Positions 62,826 to 64,000 of a stretch of DNA of 64,000 nucleotides are shown here, in pieces. The translations under genes were made by a program, and so were the position numbers. The notes beneath the pieces are model-generated. The model had not been told where the DNA came from and ran no database searches. It worked only from the letters and a program-made list of their open reading frames with translations. The stretch comes from an uncultured Gammaproteobacteria bacterium (GTDB taxonomy: Bacteria; Pseudomonadota; Gammaproteobacteria; Steroidobacterales; Steroidobacteraceae): positions 24,288 through 88,287 of the forward strand of contig CAWJVM010000007.1 in the NCBI GenBank assembly GCA_963846315.1. The letters run 5' to 3'. Numbering within the stretch: position 1 is the first letter of the stretch; each line of letters opens with the position of its first letter.

Positions 62826-63695
62826 CTACCGGAAAATTACCGTCCGGTTGCCATTCAGGAACACGCGGTGCTCGGTAGCGAGCCGAACTGCGCGGGACAA
62901 CGCCCGACGTTCGGAATCGCGCCCCGCCGCCACCAGCATGTCGGGCGTGTAGGAATGATCCACGTGCTCGACGATCTGCTCGATGATCGGGCCTTCGTCG
63001 AGGTCCGCCGTGACGAAGTGTGCCGTCGCGCCAATTACCTTCACGCCCCGGTCGTAGGCCTGGTGATAAGGCTTGGCGCCCTTGAAACCCGGCAGGAACG
63101 AGTGGTGGATATTGATGGCGCGGCCGCGCAGCCTGGCGCAGAGGTCGTCCGAGAGAATCTGCATGTAGCGCGCCAGCACCACCAGGTCCGTCCCGGTCGA
63201 ATCAATCAGCTCGATCAGCCTGCGTTCCTGCTCCGGCTTCGTCTGTGCCGTGACCGGCAGATGAAAGAACGGGATGCGGTTGTGGGCGGCAACGGGCTGC
63301 AGCACTACGTGGTTCGACACGATGGCCGTGATGTCCATCGCGATTTCGTCGATCCGGTGGCGGTAGAGCAGGTCTTCAAGGCAGTGATCGTAGTTCGAGA
63401 CCATGATCAGGACGCGCGTACGGTCGCGCGAATCGTGGATGCGCCATTCCATCTGCTCGACGTCGGAGACTTCCTGGAACTGCTTGCACAGTTCCGCCAG
63501 GTCGACCTTTTCACCCCGCACTGCGCAGAACGTGACGCGCACGAAGAACCGCTGCGAAATCGTGTCGTCGAACTGCTGCATTTCGACGATGTAGAAGCGC
63601 CGCGAGGCGAGGAACGTGGTCACCCGCGCCGTCGTGCCCATGCGGCTCGCGCAGGTGGCCGTCAGGACGAAGGGGTGGTCGGTGTCGAAACTCAT
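62826..63695 (-). CDS. purU: formyltetrahydrofolate deformylase
   Basis: ATG 63695 (GGAGAA upstream). N-terminal ACT domain (FVLTATCASRMGTTARVTTFL). VLARYMQILS..., INIHHSFLPGFKGAKPY, GATAHFVT. Confidence 0.9.
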   Translation of the reverse strand: MSFDTDHPFVLTATCASRMGTTARVTTFLASRRFYIVEMQQFDDTISQRFFVRVTFCAVRGEKVDLAELCKQFQEVSDVEQMEWRIHDSRDRTRVLIMVSNYDHCLEDLLYRHRIDEIAMDITAIVSNHVVLQPVAAHNRIPFFHLPVTAQTKPEQERRLIELIDSTGTDLVVLARYMQILSDDLCARLRGRAINIHHSFLPGFKGAKPYHQAYDRGVKVIGATAHFVTADLDEGPIIEQIVEHVDHSYTPDMLVAAGRDSERRALSRAVRLATEHRVFLNGNRTVIFR

Positions 63696-63923
63696 GCGGT
63701 TCTCCGCGGCGCGTTCGGGTTCTGTGTCCAGCCGCGGGTCGGAGATTGTCAGAATGCGTCGACGCCGCGCAAGCACGAGCCATTGCGGGCACGGCTCGCA
63801 CCCGCCGGGTGACGCTCTTTACACTGCACGGCAAATGTCGCATCGTGACAAGCCCATGTCGCCGCAGCATGACCGGGACTTGCCCGTGATAAGTAGAATC
63901 GGCGCAGTGCCGGGGAGACAGCG

Positions 63924-64000
63924 ATGTCCGATGACCAGACCGACGCATTCGATCTCAGCAGCCTGACCGACGAGGAACTCGTCGAGCAGGTCCACGACGA
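63924..64000 (+). CDS. start of an unidentified gene (runs off window)
   Basis: ATG 63924 with GGGGAGA upstream. MSDDQTDAFDLSSLTDEELVEQVHDD... Only 25 codons are visible. Confidence 0.35.
   Translation, partial: MSDDQTDAFDLSSLTDEELVEQVHD

Noticed and set aside
63696-63923. Possible ZTP (pfl) riboswitch in the about 230-nt leader upstream of purU. purU and folD are classic ZTP-regulated genes.
   Set aside because: I read the minus-strand leader and found only a weak resemblance (CCGCGGCTGGAC versus the conserved CCGCCTGGGC). There is no GACTGGCG-type 5' sub-domain. This is insufficient to call a riboswitch.
1-64000. CRISPR arrays, rRNA genes, transposases, IS elements and tyrosine/serine integrases.
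   Set aside because: I saw no regularly spaced direct repeats, rRNA-like sequence, DDE transposase or integrase motifs on either strand.

Overview
High-GC proteobacterial chromosomal segment, gamma/beta-like gene content, taxon not determinable from this window. It is mostly housekeeping and stress genes. The exception is a visibly AT-richer accessory patch at about 4.7-10.8 kb.

Main finding: a near-canonical 28-bp dif site lies at 9665-9692. It is preceded by three degenerate dif-like junctions at 4701, 6199 and 6859. I read this as a tandem array of three Xer-dependent integrative elements (IMEXs) at the replication terminus.
- The youngest element carries a phiX174-A-type rolling-circle Rep, a DUF3653/XafT-like gene next to dif, and an uncharacterised two-gene cargo.
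- The middle element is a 0.66-kb single-gene cassette.
- The oldest is a remnant carrying an acyltransferase-3 gene.
- A VapBC pair sits just beyond dif.

Recognisable core content:
- a complete ccmABCDEFGHI cytochrome c maturation operon
- a leucine/isovalerate catabolic cluster (ivd, MCCase alpha and beta) with non-canonical hydratase and lyase genes and a GntR regulator
- NAD-dependent formate dehydrogenase fdsGBAD, convergent with purU-folD
- an orphan class-I-like HMG-CoA reductase
- a bactofilin/M23 peptidase module
- M20 and M61 peptidases, several GSTs, SodC-like and OsmC proteins
- a CZB-GGDEF cyclase, a MarR regulator and tRNA-Leu(UAA)

About a dozen apparent single-nucleotide frameshifts are visible. 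Nine cluster at 16.6-19.6 kb. Others hit ccmC and an NADH-oxidase-family gene. They are either assembly indels or real pseudogenes.

Many long ORFs in the track are opposite-strand or alternate-frame shadows typical of high-GC DNA and were not called. All family assignments rest on motif recall, not database searches.
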